From: Neolecta irregularis DAH-3
Lineage: Eukaryota
Reading direction: 5' to 3'
Length of the DNA: 54,428 nucleotides
Assembly (NCBI GenBank): GCA_001929475.1
Contig: LXFE01000332.1
Span: forward strand, 1-54,428
Shown here: positions 12,001 to 24,848 of the stretch, one piece after another
Layout of the letters: each line of letters opens with the position of its first letter
Numbering within the stretch: the stretch's first letter is position 1
Made by a program: the position numbers and the translations under genes
Notes under the pieces: model-generated
The model's database searches: none
What the model saw: the letters and a program-made list of their open reading frames with translations, nothing else
Told to the model about the DNA's origin: nothing

Positions 12001-14324
12001 GTTTCCCAACAATAATGAAACATCTAGAAACATCTACTGCTGCATTGATCATAGAATATTTACTTCGCGCAAGTCAGATTGCTATCGATCAAGATCATTC
12101 AGGGCAAGATGCTGGTCTTTGGAGTGGAAATGAGTTGACTGGCTCCTCCTTCCTCCATGAATTTTCCCAAAAAATCACAAAAATAATATCTTCAATATTA
12201 CAGAAATCGGAATCGAAATCGGATCAATGGATATTGGATATATTACAAAGACGAATCGAACCGAAAGACATACCGGATCATCTGCTCTCCTCCCTTGTTA
12301 TGAGCACTCAAAACCATTCATATACAGGACTACTTTCTGCTAGAGTTTTACGATCCGTACTCAATACCTGTACCGCCGATCGTACGCACAACTATTTGAA
12401 CGTCTTGGAGAATTTTGACTTCCGACGGCCAACAAACGCGTTTCTTCAAGCCAGTTTACTGTCAGCATGCCTAAAGCCCTCCCAGTATCTCAATAAACTT
12501 GAGAATGAACTTGTAAGTGATATATCAGGCTCCTGCGATTCCCGAGATTTTACCACCAAGCTTGTATTTCTCAATATTGTACTTGCAGAGCAAGAAATTT
12601 CTGCAGTTCCACAACCCAGAAGAATAGTCCTTCTAAAAAAGGTTTTATCTATGGGGAGCCACAATACCATCGTCGCGCGTCTGGTAGTTCAGATGGTTCG
12701 GGGCGTAGATAGCATTTGCGGTCAACACTGGGATCTGATTTTCCACTGCTTGCAACAATGGATACAGGTCATCGATTCTTTCCGCTGGAAATTTTCTTAC
12801 TTGTAGACATGCATTGATGGTCCCAAGCACACATTACCGCTACGTTATGCAGTTTTGAAGCTGGTGGGAATTCTGAAATCCATCTACATCAAAAATGATG
12901 ACCTCGAAGATTTATGGAATGACGGCTTGCCCAAGATAGAACATAAATTGGTCACCATGCTCATTCAAACTCGAGGTCCAATATTAATAGGTTATACGTG
13001 CACTAATACAACCAGATTTTACAAGTCTTATCGAGCAACATTGCAACGATGCACTTGTGCAAACTCTTGATTTAGTCCGACCAGATAAATTATCAGAGGA
13101 TGACTACCTTGAAGTGTGTTACAATTTATTTTATCTCAATACTGATCTTGACCAGTTATATGGTCTTGTCACTCTTCCAAAACATTCTCCTTTCCAAAAA
13201 ACTTTCAATATTCTTGAAACCCAGATCAGATCACACAACTCGGACCTTGTTGTTCAACTTGCGTTGAATGAGGATGTTAATGCGTCGATACCGGGTCAGC
13301 TATTATCTCTTTTGATTCATCCTAGTGATGGCTGGGAGGCGGCTTGGTTCCTACTCTTCTTTTTCTTTGATAAGATTGTACCACCGCCATGCAGGTCTTT
13401 CTGATAGACTAGTCTTCCAATCTTCGGAGTAGATACTTGGAGATTCTGAGAAACGGAAGTTATGTCGACCTTCTGATGACTACTCTTTGCTCGCTATTCG
13501 AGCTCGACACAGACAGACCTTATTCGCCGACTCACGATGTTCTCAACGTCAGTATTTGGAATTGGAATGGAGACGAAAAAAAGCTCGGAGTTCGTTTATA
13601 TACCGAGGCAATGATTAGAATAGGGAGCTTAATCCGGTATGCATCATATGTAAAGAGAATTAATCATTCAGTGGTTGGTGGTCCGATTGCAAATCCAGAG
13701 GACTGACCGTATCCGTTGAAAAGTACCAACCTAGTGTAATCGGACTGATTTTGCAAGGTTTACGGAACGCCATATTTCACCACTTGTTATTGAACATGAA
13801 CTCGATGCTGTTCGTAGAGCACTAGACCAATATAGCTTTGAAGAAAACTTGCTGGTTCAGATTCGAAAAGCCGAAGTCAGTGCTATCTATCACCTCGATG
13901 AACATTACATGGCAATGCAGATGTCTCTTCCTCCGCAATATCCGCTTCTTCATATCGAAGTCAGTGGGCCCCAACGAGTCGGGGTCAAAGAATCTCAGTG
14001 GAGGGCATGGCTGCTGGCATCACAGGGAATGATCACAAGTCAATCCGGTTCTATCATAGATGCACTCAGTTTATTCGAGAAAAACGTCAGACTTCATTTC
14101 GAGGGTGTTCAAGAATGCGCAATCTGCTATAGTGTCCTTAGTATTGATGCACGAATGGTACCCGGAAAGAAATGCGCCCAATGTCGGGGAGTGTTCCACG
14201 CCGGGTGTCTTTATAAGGTATATCCTGAGCATTTCGCAAATCCTGATGATTGTAGTGGTTCAAAAGTTCTAATGCTTCCTCTTGCCCTCTTTGTAGAAGT
14301 AATTTTTCTTTTGCCAGTCGGTAA
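9006..14324 (+). CDS. RKR1: Listerin E3 ubiquitin ligase (ribosome quality control)
   Basis: About 18 exons. N-terminal VIFKNLTKKDAKTKSRAL motif, HEAT-like body, RWD-like segment (LPPQYPL...QWRAWLL) and a C-terminal RING ECAICYS...[29 protein letters not shown] completed across the last intron. TAA at 14322-14324. Confidence 0.93.
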
Positions 14325-15213
14325 ATCTTTCGTCACTTCAAGAATTTCAAGCTGCACAGTTTTCTGTACATGCGATTTTCCATTGTCTCTACGTGATTCA
14401 TATCTAGCACGCTTTCCAAAGTCTAACTCACCACATGTTAATATCTTCGAGTACGATCTGTGGGCACACGAAGGACATGTGGTTTCAGAGAAAACTTCGT
14501 AATTACACACTCTAGCGCAACGAAATTAGTTAGTGTTTACTATTACAAAGCCAATAGTTTCACATTGATGATAATGAATGGGTACTCAGATGTGAACTTA
14601 AAACCTAGACCTGACCATATTTAGTCTGCATTCTTTCAGCCTTTTGGTTAAGTACCCGGTAGTCTTCACATCACACCTGTCAAGATGTCTGTCCTATTGA
14701 AAGACATAGGGTAATTTATAAGCTCTCGAATTGTAGTTAAATACGAGACTAAATTAAAGCGATTAGAGATCGCTTGTATCTTCTGTCTTCGAGTGAAAGA
14801 CCACCAATGTATGGTGGCGGTATTTTTTCTCCTGGATTTTTAGGGTTTTATTCCCACTTGAAAATCTCAACTGGTCGTCTGCGGCGCACAGTCCACGAAT
14901 TGCTAGTCGATCTTTTAGTCTTCACGCTCCTTACCAACATATTCATCCAAGACCCTCGCTTCTTCTTGCCATCCAACTCAGACTGCCTATCCGGCCCGCT
15001 CTTCATTCTCTCCTCGAAGAACCCTACTTTCATTTAGCGCAGACCTTCATCACTCGTCGCGAATCGCCCAATATTTGAACCCAGTTGCATTTTCCTATCG
15101 TAGCAATTCGAATACCCCTCATTCGATTTCAAGAACCTTTCCCCATAGTAACCCGGTAGCGAAATATTTGATTTCTCTCCAAATTCCTGAGATTTTTATC
15201 ACAAACTGATCAA

Positions 15214-17014
15214 ATGATCGCCATTCTCACACTCATTTATCTTCTCGTTGGTTTTAACGATGCTCTACACCATCATCATCACAGCCGGGAAAATGGGCCA
15301 GAAATTGAGAAACGAGATAATACCTGCACATTTCAGAAACATGAGGATCTAGTCTTTGTTAGCCCCAACGGATGGGCTATGCCTCCAGATGTACTATGCA
15401 CATCTGGCACCTACTGCCCATACGCCTGTAGACAATCCTTGTTGTCATGGCAATGGGATCCCGCCGCAACTCGTTATGCCTACCCGGAGAGCATGCGAGG
15501 TGGAATCCACTGCAAGGCTGATGGAACCCTCGAACTACCGTTTCCAGACAGGCCTCTCTGTGGACCTGGTGTTGAAACACTCTCTTGTCACAATGATCAT
15601 ACAGAGCCTGTCACGTTCTGCCAGACTGTGTTACCAGGTGATGAGGTGTATACCTCTATTTACCATCTGATTAATATCTTAGGGTATGTATATTCCGTCT
15701 GTCATCGATGCAGGAAAAATAGGTAGTCTGGCAGTGCCTAATACTACATATTGGGCGAGAACTTCCGCTCATTACTATATCAATAGTCCAGGGGTTCCAA
15801 GAGAGATCGCCTGTATTTGGGGAGATGGCACTGAAGCAACGGGGAATTGGGCACCATTTGTCACCGGCGCCAATATGGATGATAACGGAAATACCTATTC
15901 GACACTCAGTTGGAATCCGATTTTCATCAGCGATGCAAGGCACGCCGGTAAACTCCCGGATTTCGGGGCAAGACTTGAATGCAATGGCCAAGGATGCCTC
16001 GGAATGCCTTGCTCAATCACGCCCAGTAAAGATGGATTCAATAAAGTGACATCGCCTGTAGCTTCAACTGGTGCTGGTGCTGCTGAGTTTTGTGTTGTGA
16101 CTGCGCCTCCAGGCTCTGCAGTGAAACTGGTGGTTTTCCACGACGATGGAGGCCGACGCACATCCATTTCAGTCTCTGCCTCAGCCTCAGTGTCGGGCTT
16201 AGTTGATGGGGTTTCGTCTAATATCAACATCAACACTCAATCTAAAGTTGGAAGCGATGCCAATGACCACACCAGATCTTCCAGTTCAAGCAAGACGCCA
16301 GTACCAGAGAATACCAAGTTAAAACCTCAAGTACGAAGAAATGAAACCAAACCCCGAAGTCAACTTGCGAATTCGGTTCCGTCATTGCAGTCTCAGGCTC
16401 CACCGCTGACGACGAACGCACCTTTAGCTCCATTGAATACCCCGGTTCCATCTTTAGCTCCATTGAACAACCCATCAGCACTTTCTGATCCTTTGTCTCC
16501 GTTTCACCCGTCGTTATCGTCTTCTGATTCTTCAGTTACCACGGATAAATCTCCAGAGGATGTGAATTCGCCAGTGCTGAACCAACAAGATATTTCCGCC
16601 TCGTCATCAAGCCTAGCTACTACTGTCTCGACAGTAGAAAATGTATTTCCGGGTCAGAAACTTGAGCCGGAATTTTCGCAGCAGCCTTTGGATACTCAAA
16701 ATTATAACATCAATGTTTCTCCATCTTCACTCGCCTCTGCGGAACCACCCACCGTTTCGAATCTTGAAATTCTACCACTGCCCCCCGTCACATATTCCGC
16801 CGCCCAGGCTGTAAGTTCTCCAGTTTTTGTTATGTATGGGGAGAATAAACAGAACATGAAAGACCTCAACGCAATACCGGCCAGAAACGCAACTTTAACT
16901 TCAAACAATGGTACCAAAGGAGTCGGAACCAAAACATCTGCCATGTTACGGATGGAGTTTCCCCGTTGTGTGTTCTTTCTTATCACTGCGTTGAGTGTAT
17001 CCTTGTTTTTCTAA
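15214..17014 (+). CDS. SUN-family (GH132, Adg3-like) cell-wall beta-glucosidase/glucanase, likely GPI-anchored
   Basis: Exons 15214-15645 and 15683-17014. Signal peptide, KR site, Cys-rich SUN domain (GWAMPPD, YCPYAC, GGIHC, FCQTVLPGDEGMYIP, AHYYINSPG, ACIWG, GNWAPF), S/T/P-rich linker and hydrophobic C-terminus. Confidence 0.9.
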
Positions 17015-17249
17015 CAGATTATGTTTCTATTTTTGACATTTCTTTTTAATTTGTAGTATTCTTTTGAATCTTTGATGAAAGACAAGTACGCCTTTCATCT
17101 TGTTCTTTTTCAGGAGATGAATCTTTTTTCACGTGGTATGTGGTAGTAATCTTTCAAGTCACCTTTGTATTACTCTCTATTGGAAATGTAATAAGCTTTC
17201 AATTTAACTCGCTGGAGAGAGGAATTGAATACCTTTTAGTCTTGATTTA

Positions 17250-17468
17250 GGGTGCGTTTTGTAGCACCCTCAGAATAATTTCATGATATCCGAAAAATTT
17301 CGCATATTTCTGAAAACCCGGTTTGCAGTCCCTCGCCAAATTTTACAAATCGCAATTCCTTACTAATGATCTCGCATCATAAAAAAATGAGCCTATTTTG
17401 TGATTGCAAGACGCGCCTGTCAACAAAAGGCTAGATCGGGCTAAAAATAGTGACCGCAAAACACACCC
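17250..17468. mobile_element. Putative MITE (PIF/Harbinger Tourist-like), about 219 bp
   Basis: Imperfect TIRs GGGTGCGTTTTGTAG (left) and the reverse complement of the right end GGGTGTGTTTTGCGG. Flanks TTA/TGA. Non-coding interior. Confidence 0.5.
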
Positions 17469-17678
17469 TGAATTGATGAATGCTTTTCCCAATCCCATTT
17501 TATAATTTGTCTTCAAAGAAAGGGTGATGACTATCGATATAGGTTAACTTGACGATTACCACAACAATGAAAATCAATATCAAATTCAAAACTTATGCTA
17601 GAGCAAGTATGAAACCCACAAGACAAAAATCAAAGCAAAACTCCAAATTATAGCCAAAATGCGGATGCAAAAACCAAA

Positions 17679-19561
17679 TCAACTCCGGAAATCCAAAAAC
17701 CCATTCCCAATTTCATACCTTCCCAATCGCTTTAATCGTGGTGTACAACTTGATATGAATCCAAGGATATCAATTCTAGGAGTAGCATTTAATAATAACG
17801 GGCCAAGATCCAATTCTACCAAACGAGGGAATCGAAGTGCGTGGCTTCGGGAATTGAGATTACCTAGATCAATTGGAAGACCGGATTCAGGAAGTTCTAG
17901 TTCCTCAAGTTTATCAAGATATTCTGCAATGCGGTCAAATGTGGTATCCGTAAGCTCCACCATATTCTTTGATTGTAATCGAAGAACGCGAAGGTTGGGT
18001 CGTGTTCGGACTGTATTTTGCATATGCACATCAGTAAGGGAAATCGAGAAACTAGATGTTGGTTGACCGTATCCTACAATGAGTGTATGTAGACCAGGAT
18101 TGAGTTGGGCAATATCAGGTATATCTATTCCAAGAAGGACGCCTTCTCTAGAGTTGACGCGTAAACTCTCTAGGGTTGTGCAGCGGAAGGTGGTTAGTAT
18201 CTCGAGGGCTCGCGTTCCATCATCAATTGAGACATCTAGATGTTTGATTGCACGAAGATATGGCATGACACGGGCGTAGGCGGTGTTATTGAAGGGTGCT
18301 GTTAAACTTTCAAGGGACTGAAAGGCTGCTCTAGGCATTTCTTCGGGGATATTGAGGTTCGTGATTTTACAACCGAGTTGCAAGATTTTCAGTGATGGTA
18401 ACGAAGCGAGTACTGAAAATACGGTAGAGGTCACGGAGAGTTGACTGCCACTTCCTGTAATACTGATATCTTCAAGCGAGGACGACGACACTCTGATCAT
18501 GTCTATGAGTAGATGATCTGAAGCTCGGTTGTCATGATGAAGTACGGCAAGGTGAAGAGTTTTTAGACTATGGCATTGATCAGTAATGATGCTTGCGATA
18601 AACCTGGTCTCTAGTGGAAATTTGAGGATGCGAAGTGAAGAGGGGAATAACTGTCGGACATGCTCACCACGAAGAGCTCTGGTCCTATCGTCTGAATAGA
18701 GCGTGTCCAGACGGGGAAAAGCAATGTTTTTAAGCAGTTTCAGGAAATGTACAATGTCCTCTCTGGAGACTTTGTCGAGATGGATAGCTTTTGCGACGGA
18801 AGCCTGCCGTCTTTGAACTTCTTCTGGACGCTGGATCCATTGTGAAACGTTCAGATGGAGAAACAAGTACGAATTGGCGATAGTGTTCCAGGTTTTGTTC
18901 ACTGCAGCAAGAATTCCGAGGGTTTTGGTATCGTTTTTGAAGTACTTGAAGACTTCACTGACAACTACTTCAGTTTGGAGTGCATGTGTTACGATCAACG
19001 AACTACCGGAGTTGGTTTTGATAATTGACGAGTCTGGAGAAGGGACATTTTTGAATCGAGGTTTATGGTAAGACTTTAGCTTTGTGTCCAAAAGGAGGCG
19101 CGAAGAGGTTGCTAATCTGTTAGGGGTGCGATTGAGTCATACTTACTGTGACGATAAACCAAGGAAGGAAAGCAGGGGGAATGATGAAAAGAGAGGGACA
19201 TTTCGCGGTGAGAGTATCGAGTTTTGTGGCATGCGCGAGATGCTGGCAAGGTATGGGGGCGGTCTGAGAGATGGCGGCCTGTGTTTGAGGCAGGAACGGA
19301 AGGAAAACGCAGGGCCTGATCCTTGAGGGGTCTCTTTGAGAGGGATTTTTTCCTTGCACGTGATATGTCTAGGGGACGCTTGAGGGAGCGGAGACGATTT
19401 CTGGTCGAGGGACAGAGTGGTTCTCCGGGAGAATCTTGGGAGGAGTGGTGAGGCAGACAAAGGCCTGAAGGCCACTCAATATGAAAGGGCTGGTGTTGCG
19501 GGGAGGTGACAGGGCTGTCTACGTGGACAAGAGGGGAGAAGAGGGTGCAGGGAGAAAACAT
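17679..19561 (-). CDS. F-box-like / leucine-rich-repeat protein with a low-complexity N-terminal exon
   Basis: Exon 19561-19147, 35-nt intron gtaagt...ctaacagattag (19146-19112), exon 19111-17679, all in frame. F-box-like EVVVSEVFKYF...LAAVNKTWNTIANSYLF followed by LxxLxL repeats (LPSLKILQL, RPNLRVLRL, FPRLVELDL). Confidence 0.75.
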
Positions 19562-19589
19562 GGATTGCGGGAGGGAGGGCGGGGAGGGG

Positions 19590-19597
19590 TCTTTATA
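19590..19597 (-). promoter_or_regulatory. Putative TATA box of the F-box/LRR gene
   Basis: TATAAAGA on the minus strand about 30 nt upstream of ATG 19561. Confidence 0.45.
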
Positions 19598-19919
19598 GGA
19601 CTGAGGGTCACGTGTTCCACCGCCACTGTCCCTATGATGGGCCCGTGGCTGTGCGTTCACTTTATGTCACTCCACCAGGCTTTCAGTCAAGCAGCCAATC
19701 TATTTCAGTCGGTTCACTGTCAGTCCCCTCCACCAGGCCTCGTCAATCCACTCCACTCGCCCTTGTCAGTCTCCTCTACCAGTCCATCCACCAGTCTGTC
19801 CGCTCCACCCTCTACTACCAGCCCACCACCAGTCCATCTACTCCAGCGGTCTGTCAGTCTGCTCCATCAGTATACTGCTGTCCCCATCGCTGACTGCTAT
19901 TTATGACCGAGTGGTGTTT

Positions 19920-20636
19920 ATGCACCGTCCTGCCAGAACCTGCCATCCACGCAACCTGCCGCTGCTCTTTCCTCCCGCATTCCCGCACTGGAAGCGTCTC
20001 CCCGCAGAACTCCACACCCGCGTCTTGGACTTTCTCGACAAGTCCGCCCTCGCCGCCCTTGCTCTTGCTATTCACGATCCCCTCATCGACGCATACATCC
20101 AGCATATAGACTCCAAACTCGCCCCCCACTCCTTCTCCTCCGCCCCCCTCGCAGACGCCATATGGGCAGGCATATCCACCGATCCGCTACACAGTGCACA
20201 GAAATACAGCTACTTTGTCCACGAGCTGGGTCGCTTCGAGTACCACTCACAGTCCCTTGGCCTGCGTGTACATATATCAAGCCGCATACAGAAGCGCCTG
20301 TTGCTTCCCGCCTGCCCCGAACGCGCACAAATTTCCCTCTACAACTTTCTCCAATTCCTCATCCACGGCGTCCGCCTAGGCGGAGTTGGCTGGCACATCT
20401 GCTGGTCGACAATGCTCTTTTTCGTTTGGAGCGTCGAATTAAGTACTCTGCAAACTGCATACACTCTCTTCAAAAGTACTTGGAAATACACTTGTATCAG
20501 AGAGACCGAGTATCCAATGAAGGAACTGTCAAATACTTTGAAAAATGTACTGAAATACGATTGGATAGGTACAGAACTCCGTTGCTTGGTTTTGGAGTTT
20601 GAAAACGCCGTAGAAATTGTTAAAACGGCGAAATGA
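19920..20636 (+). CDS. F-box-like protein of unknown function (intronless)
   Basis: ORF from ATG 19920. WKRLPAELHTRVLDFLDKSALAALAL matches the F-box LP.E...I...L pattern. The C-terminal part is unrecognised. Confidence 0.6.
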   Translation: MHRPARTCHPRNLPLLFPPAFPHWKRLPAELHTRVLDFLDKSALAALALAIHDPLIDAYIQHIDSKLAPHSFSSAPLADAIWAGISTDPLHSAQKYSYFVHELGRFEYHSQSLGLRVHISSRIQKRLLLPACPERAQISLYNFLQFLIHGVRLGGVGWHICWSTMLFFVWSVELSTLQTAYTLFKSTWKYTCIRETEYPMKELSNTLKNVLKYDWIGTELRCLVLEFENAVEIVKTAK

Positions 20637-20984
20637 GGATCATTTGGTTCAAGGAATGATTGAATATTACAATAATAAATTAGTTTAGGAAATGACCGAA
20701 TATTGTAGTTGTATTTTAGAGCATACACTATATCATTAACGCTGATGTGATTGGGATACAGATTATATTTTATGTATTTTAGAGAAATGCTATATCCATT
20801 ATGGATTTGATTGAATAATGACGCCATCACATCAATTGCGTATCTTTACATATCATGTTGAGTCTTGAAAGTAAAGAGTCTCATTCAAAAACATTTTAAG
20901 CTAGAAATATCCGCCCGTAATTCAATTTTTTCTTCTAATCCCAAAACTAGTAGATCTACGAATGCTGCTAATACACCCCTCACA

Positions 20985-21163
20985 ATGAAATTTCAACTTT
21001 TGCCTGTCGCAATTGGATTGGTATCAAGTCTTCCTATAGAACCTCGAATAAAACGAATTGAAGACAGAGTACGCTTCTTTATCTGAAAGTCTATTTGATA
21101 TTCAAGGTTCATTCATATAATGGTCGCCCCCAATGGTGCCCAAAGCAAATCGCCTTGCAGTAA
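20985..21163 (+). CDS. Candidate small secreted peptide precursor (46 aa)
   Basis: Good start context (cacaATG). Exon 20985-21068, 38-nt intron gtacgc...ttcaag, exon 21107-21163. Translates to MKFQLLPVAIGLVSSLPIEPRIKRIEDRVHSYNGRPQWCPKQIALQ, with a signal peptide and KR site. Confidence 0.4.
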
Positions 21164-21553
21164 TGAGAAAAGGGTGTCAAGAACGAACAAGGGGAAATTC
21201 TTTTTGTGCCAATGTTTTGCATTTCTATTTCTACGAGTAGAATTTTTAAAGGATTTATTCTCAAAGTATTTGGCATGTATTTTGTAACATGACTGTGGGG
21301 ACATAATCGCGCCCCACGATCCGACCGTACCGATCGTGACGCCCCAAACGGTTCAGGACCCATTGAAGGTGACGCCGGTTTTTGTCATCCAGAGTATGTG
21401 AATAGTTGTGTTAGGGTAACCCTGGTCTTAATTTTCATCGATAGGGGCAAATATAAAGGCAACGCAAGAAAAATTTGGGATAATAAGAATTTTGAAGCAG
21501 GACTTGGAGGCGGGTAAAAACAAGCCGGCGGCTCGGTATTTTTACAATTTATA

Positions 21554-22002
21554 TAGGTGCAATCCCGAATTCACTAAATAACCAAAATCGCTAATATAAA
21601 ATGATTTCTATCTGGCCATTTCTTTAGTTTGAGTAAGTATGTTGGCGGCTTAAAAATCTGTCAGTGCACCAAGTGCCAACCGCCCGATCGCCGGAGAAAT
21701 TTAAATAGCCCGCCGACCGGTGGGCGGACATATTTCTAAGCCGCCCGTCTTCCCCAAGAGATCTAATCGACCCACCTGGAGAGTGCTCTGGCAGGCTATT
21801 GGATCGTTTTTGAATCCGTTGAACTGTGGATTGATTGCCTTTTACTCCAAGTTCTGCTCGCACGATTACAGTGTGATCCCGATGATTCGTCGTGAACTTT
21901 GTGAGTATGTTGCACATACTTACGCCAACTAAAGAAATGGCCTGATAGAAATCATTTTATATTAGCAATTTTAGTTATTTAGTGAATTCGGGATTGCACA
22001 TT
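21554..22002. mobile_element. MITE with long (about 85 bp) terminal inverted repeats and TA flanks (Tc1/mariner-type)
   Basis: gtgcaatcccgaattcactaaataaccaaaatcgctaatataaaatgatttctatctggccatttctttagtt from 21557 pairs almost perfectly with 21927-21999. TA dinucleotides at 21552-21553 and 22003-22004. Confidence 0.85.
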
Positions 22003-23206
22003 TATTAATCCCGCGGGCCGGTGGTTTGACACACTGGAGATGGACGTGTAACACACAGGTCGATGCTGCCTGAAAATATGGTAGATCCGTTAGATTCTCG
22101 AGCAGTGTTTGGATAGTTGCAATAAAGAAAAGGAGCAGGTAATTGTTATTGTGATGTCTTCTACTTTCTTATCTGACGAAGGGGAAAAGTACCCAGCTAT
22201 ATACCCAGCGAGAGAAAGAGCCACATCAGCAGCCACATCAGTAAAAGAAAATGGATAAAAAAGGAATACATGAGTTCCCAAGCTCCCGTAAACTACCTAA
22301 GGCGACTCCCCAGTGCTCCGCATACTCCCGATGGCGAGGATACTCTGTGAAACGCGATTACCAAAAGTATGAAGTTTCCGACCAGTACGATAGGCTAGCG
22401 ATATGCGAGGGCGAGGAGGCAAGGTTTGACGGGGTTGGGGATAAACATTCAGTATTCAGGATGAGCGAATGAAGAGAAACGAAATCAGGCAGGTTATAGA
22501 TGATTATTCTGAAGGAGAATGGATAATTGAAAAAGGATTAAAGAGCGTTATAGTATGACTGACCGATTTTGGCGTGGATGAGTGAAGGAACGTGGTTTTG
22601 ATCATGCGTACCACAGACACAGAAAGAAAAAGTCAAGGTTTCTACTACTCTGTTTCGAAGCGTCATTTCTCCTCTTCTTTAAGCCCTGTTTTACTAACTA
22701 TTGGGAATAGAGATAATGACTCTTACCTACGATATCTATTCAAGAGTTATTTTCGTCTCATACATGTTATCTACCGACTTCTTTTCTCAGAATTGCACCA
22801 TTCACAAAACTTAGCTCCATCGCTCGGCAGCTTTAGCGGCTATCACTCTACGAGTCGTCATACCACAAAGGCCGCCGGTCCAAGAACAATAATTTTCTAG
22901 TCAATATTAGGGACAGACTTTGCACCAATCAAAAAAGAGCATGACGATCTAAACCCTTAGCTTCTGTATCGGCAAAATGACGACGAGCTTGTGCTTCCTA
23001 CTAGAGCGTCAAATCTGATATCGCAAAATCATGTTCCCATTCCCCGGACATAAGAAACAATTACTAACCGACGCTGTCTCTCTATTTAATATAGCAGAGC
23101 CACATAATTGCCAAAAGACTGTTTACCATTGTCAATTGTTGGGTAATCATATTACCTCTAAATTCAGTTTTTTACATCGTTTTTAGAACATAATTGCACG
23201 TCGGAA

Positions 23207-24211
23207 ATGGATTTCACATGCAGCTCACTCATCGATTCTCTTGTTCGTTGTCCTGATCTGATATTCAACTTTTACGCAAACATCAATCAATCCGAATTTT
23301 CTCAAATAGGTCAAACTTCGCGCCTTTTATACACTCTCGTAACACCTCTCTTATATCGGAAACCAATCCTGTACAGTAATTCTAAAGTACATTATTTCGC
23401 TACATGCCTTAATCGTCGTAATGGAGTGTTTGTCCGAGATTTAATCACCTCAGACGTCGTCGTAGAATCCGAAGATGCGCTTGAGGATATTTTCCGGGTA
23501 TTCCTTCTCTGTCCGCGACTCCATCATTTAAACTTGACCTGCATTCAATATCGTTGGGAAGTGGAATATTTCAACCATGTTTTAATGAGTGACGCACACT
23601 ATGCTCGTGAAGTGCTCAAGGTCACGTCTATTGCGATTACCAGTTACCTAAAATATACCAATGGCTCGAATTTCTCTACCGTAGACAATTGGCTCAAGAC
23701 GTTTCCGAATGTACGCGATGTTTCGATATTGCCGTCTCTCTCCAAATCGCCCGGTACCGATCTTCCTATAGCGATATTTAAGCAAATCTCGACTTATCAT
23801 GTCGAGACATTGCGACTGTCCCATCTTATTCCACAGAAAATATTAAACGAATTGTGCTCTATATTGCGTGAATACTGGCCGACGCTAAAGCGCCTGGATT
23901 TTTCAAAAGTCGATGTTTACGGAATCGGTTTATTGCTCTTATTTAAAACACAACAGCAGGTTCGCCAAGCTCGTCCGACTATCATCATCGAATTCCCATC
24001 CGTGAAAACGATCAGAGGTATTGAATTGTTTGGAAATAAATCATTTCTTGATACCTCCTTGCTCAAGTTTGCCATGGAAGAATTATCATTCGGTACGTCC
24101 GACTGTTTTCTACATGTTTCGAATATCTCGGCATACCGTGATTTCATTGAACTGCAGAATTTCGCAACACAAGATAAAGTGGAACTTGACTGTAAGCTAT
24201 TAGAAGTATGA
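23207..24211 (+). CDS. Divergent F-box-like / LRR-like protein (intronless)
   Basis: 334-aa ORF. QIGQTSRLLYTLVTPLLYRKPIL resembles the F-box C-terminal motif. LRR-like CPRLHHLNL, FPNVRDVSI and WPTLKRLDF. Confidence 0.65.
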   Translation: MDFTCSSLIDSLVRCPDLIFNFYANINQSEFSQIGQTSRLLYTLVTPLLYRKPILYSNSKVHYFATCLNRRNGVFVRDLITSDVVVESEDALEDIFRVFLLCPRLHHLNLTCIQYRWEVEYFNHVLMSDAHYAREVLKVTSIAITSYLKYTNGSNFSTVDNWLKTFPNVRDVSILPSLSKSPGTDLPIAIFKQISTYHVETLRLSHLIPQKILNELCSILREYWPTLKRLDFSKVDVYGIGLLLLFKTQQQVRQARPTIIIEFPSVKTIRGIELFGNKSFLDTSLLKFAMEELSFGTSDCFLHVSNISAYRDFIELQNFATQDKVELDCKLLEV

Positions 24212-24848
24212 TAAGACCAAGTGTTATAACTAGTCTAAGTAGACGTACTTGGCTAAGTATTTCCCCATTCTCGGCACTATATACTATTTACATCAAGCCT
24301 CATCAGCCGCCCTACCATTTCCGTCTTTGGCAAGGATATGCTTGAGTATATATCATCCTTACATTGATGGTGGTTGATTCAGATGTCGCAATTCTTCCCG
24401 ATCAAGTGTTGAAAACTGGTGAAGTCGGAATCCACCTCTATAATTCGAATAACAAGATTTCTTCAGTATATATGTGGATAGCTTGTGAAAATTTCAGTCA
24501 GCTTGAAACATACTTGATTTATATCAATATTCTTTTGTAAATTAGCTCTAGGGACTGTATCTCTTCCTTGGACTTGAAAATCTCTGGTTTCCCGGAAAAA
24601 AACCGTTTTTGAAACTGATGTCAAGTTTTACTAATTGAATATACCTTGTTGTGTTGAACAAAATACCGACGAATTGATCGAACCCCAAAATATAGGTGAA
24701 TGGCAAAGTGATTTCAATCAAAAAGCTCTTTAATGCATCAATTTTGGGATTAGATATATAGAAATTTAATCTAGAAACTTGTCCTCTTTCCATAGACTCC
24801 AGCCGATCAAAATATGTTGCCCCATTATTTATAGTTTAACCTAAAGCC

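Noticed and set aside
14325-14502. Apparent C-terminal extension of Ltn1 beyond the RING in the ORF track
   Set aside because: It results from reading through the last intron. Splicing completes the RING and stops at 14324.
22050-22900. Short ORFs and intron-like motifs in the spacer
   Set aside because: No coherent gene model or recognisable motif.
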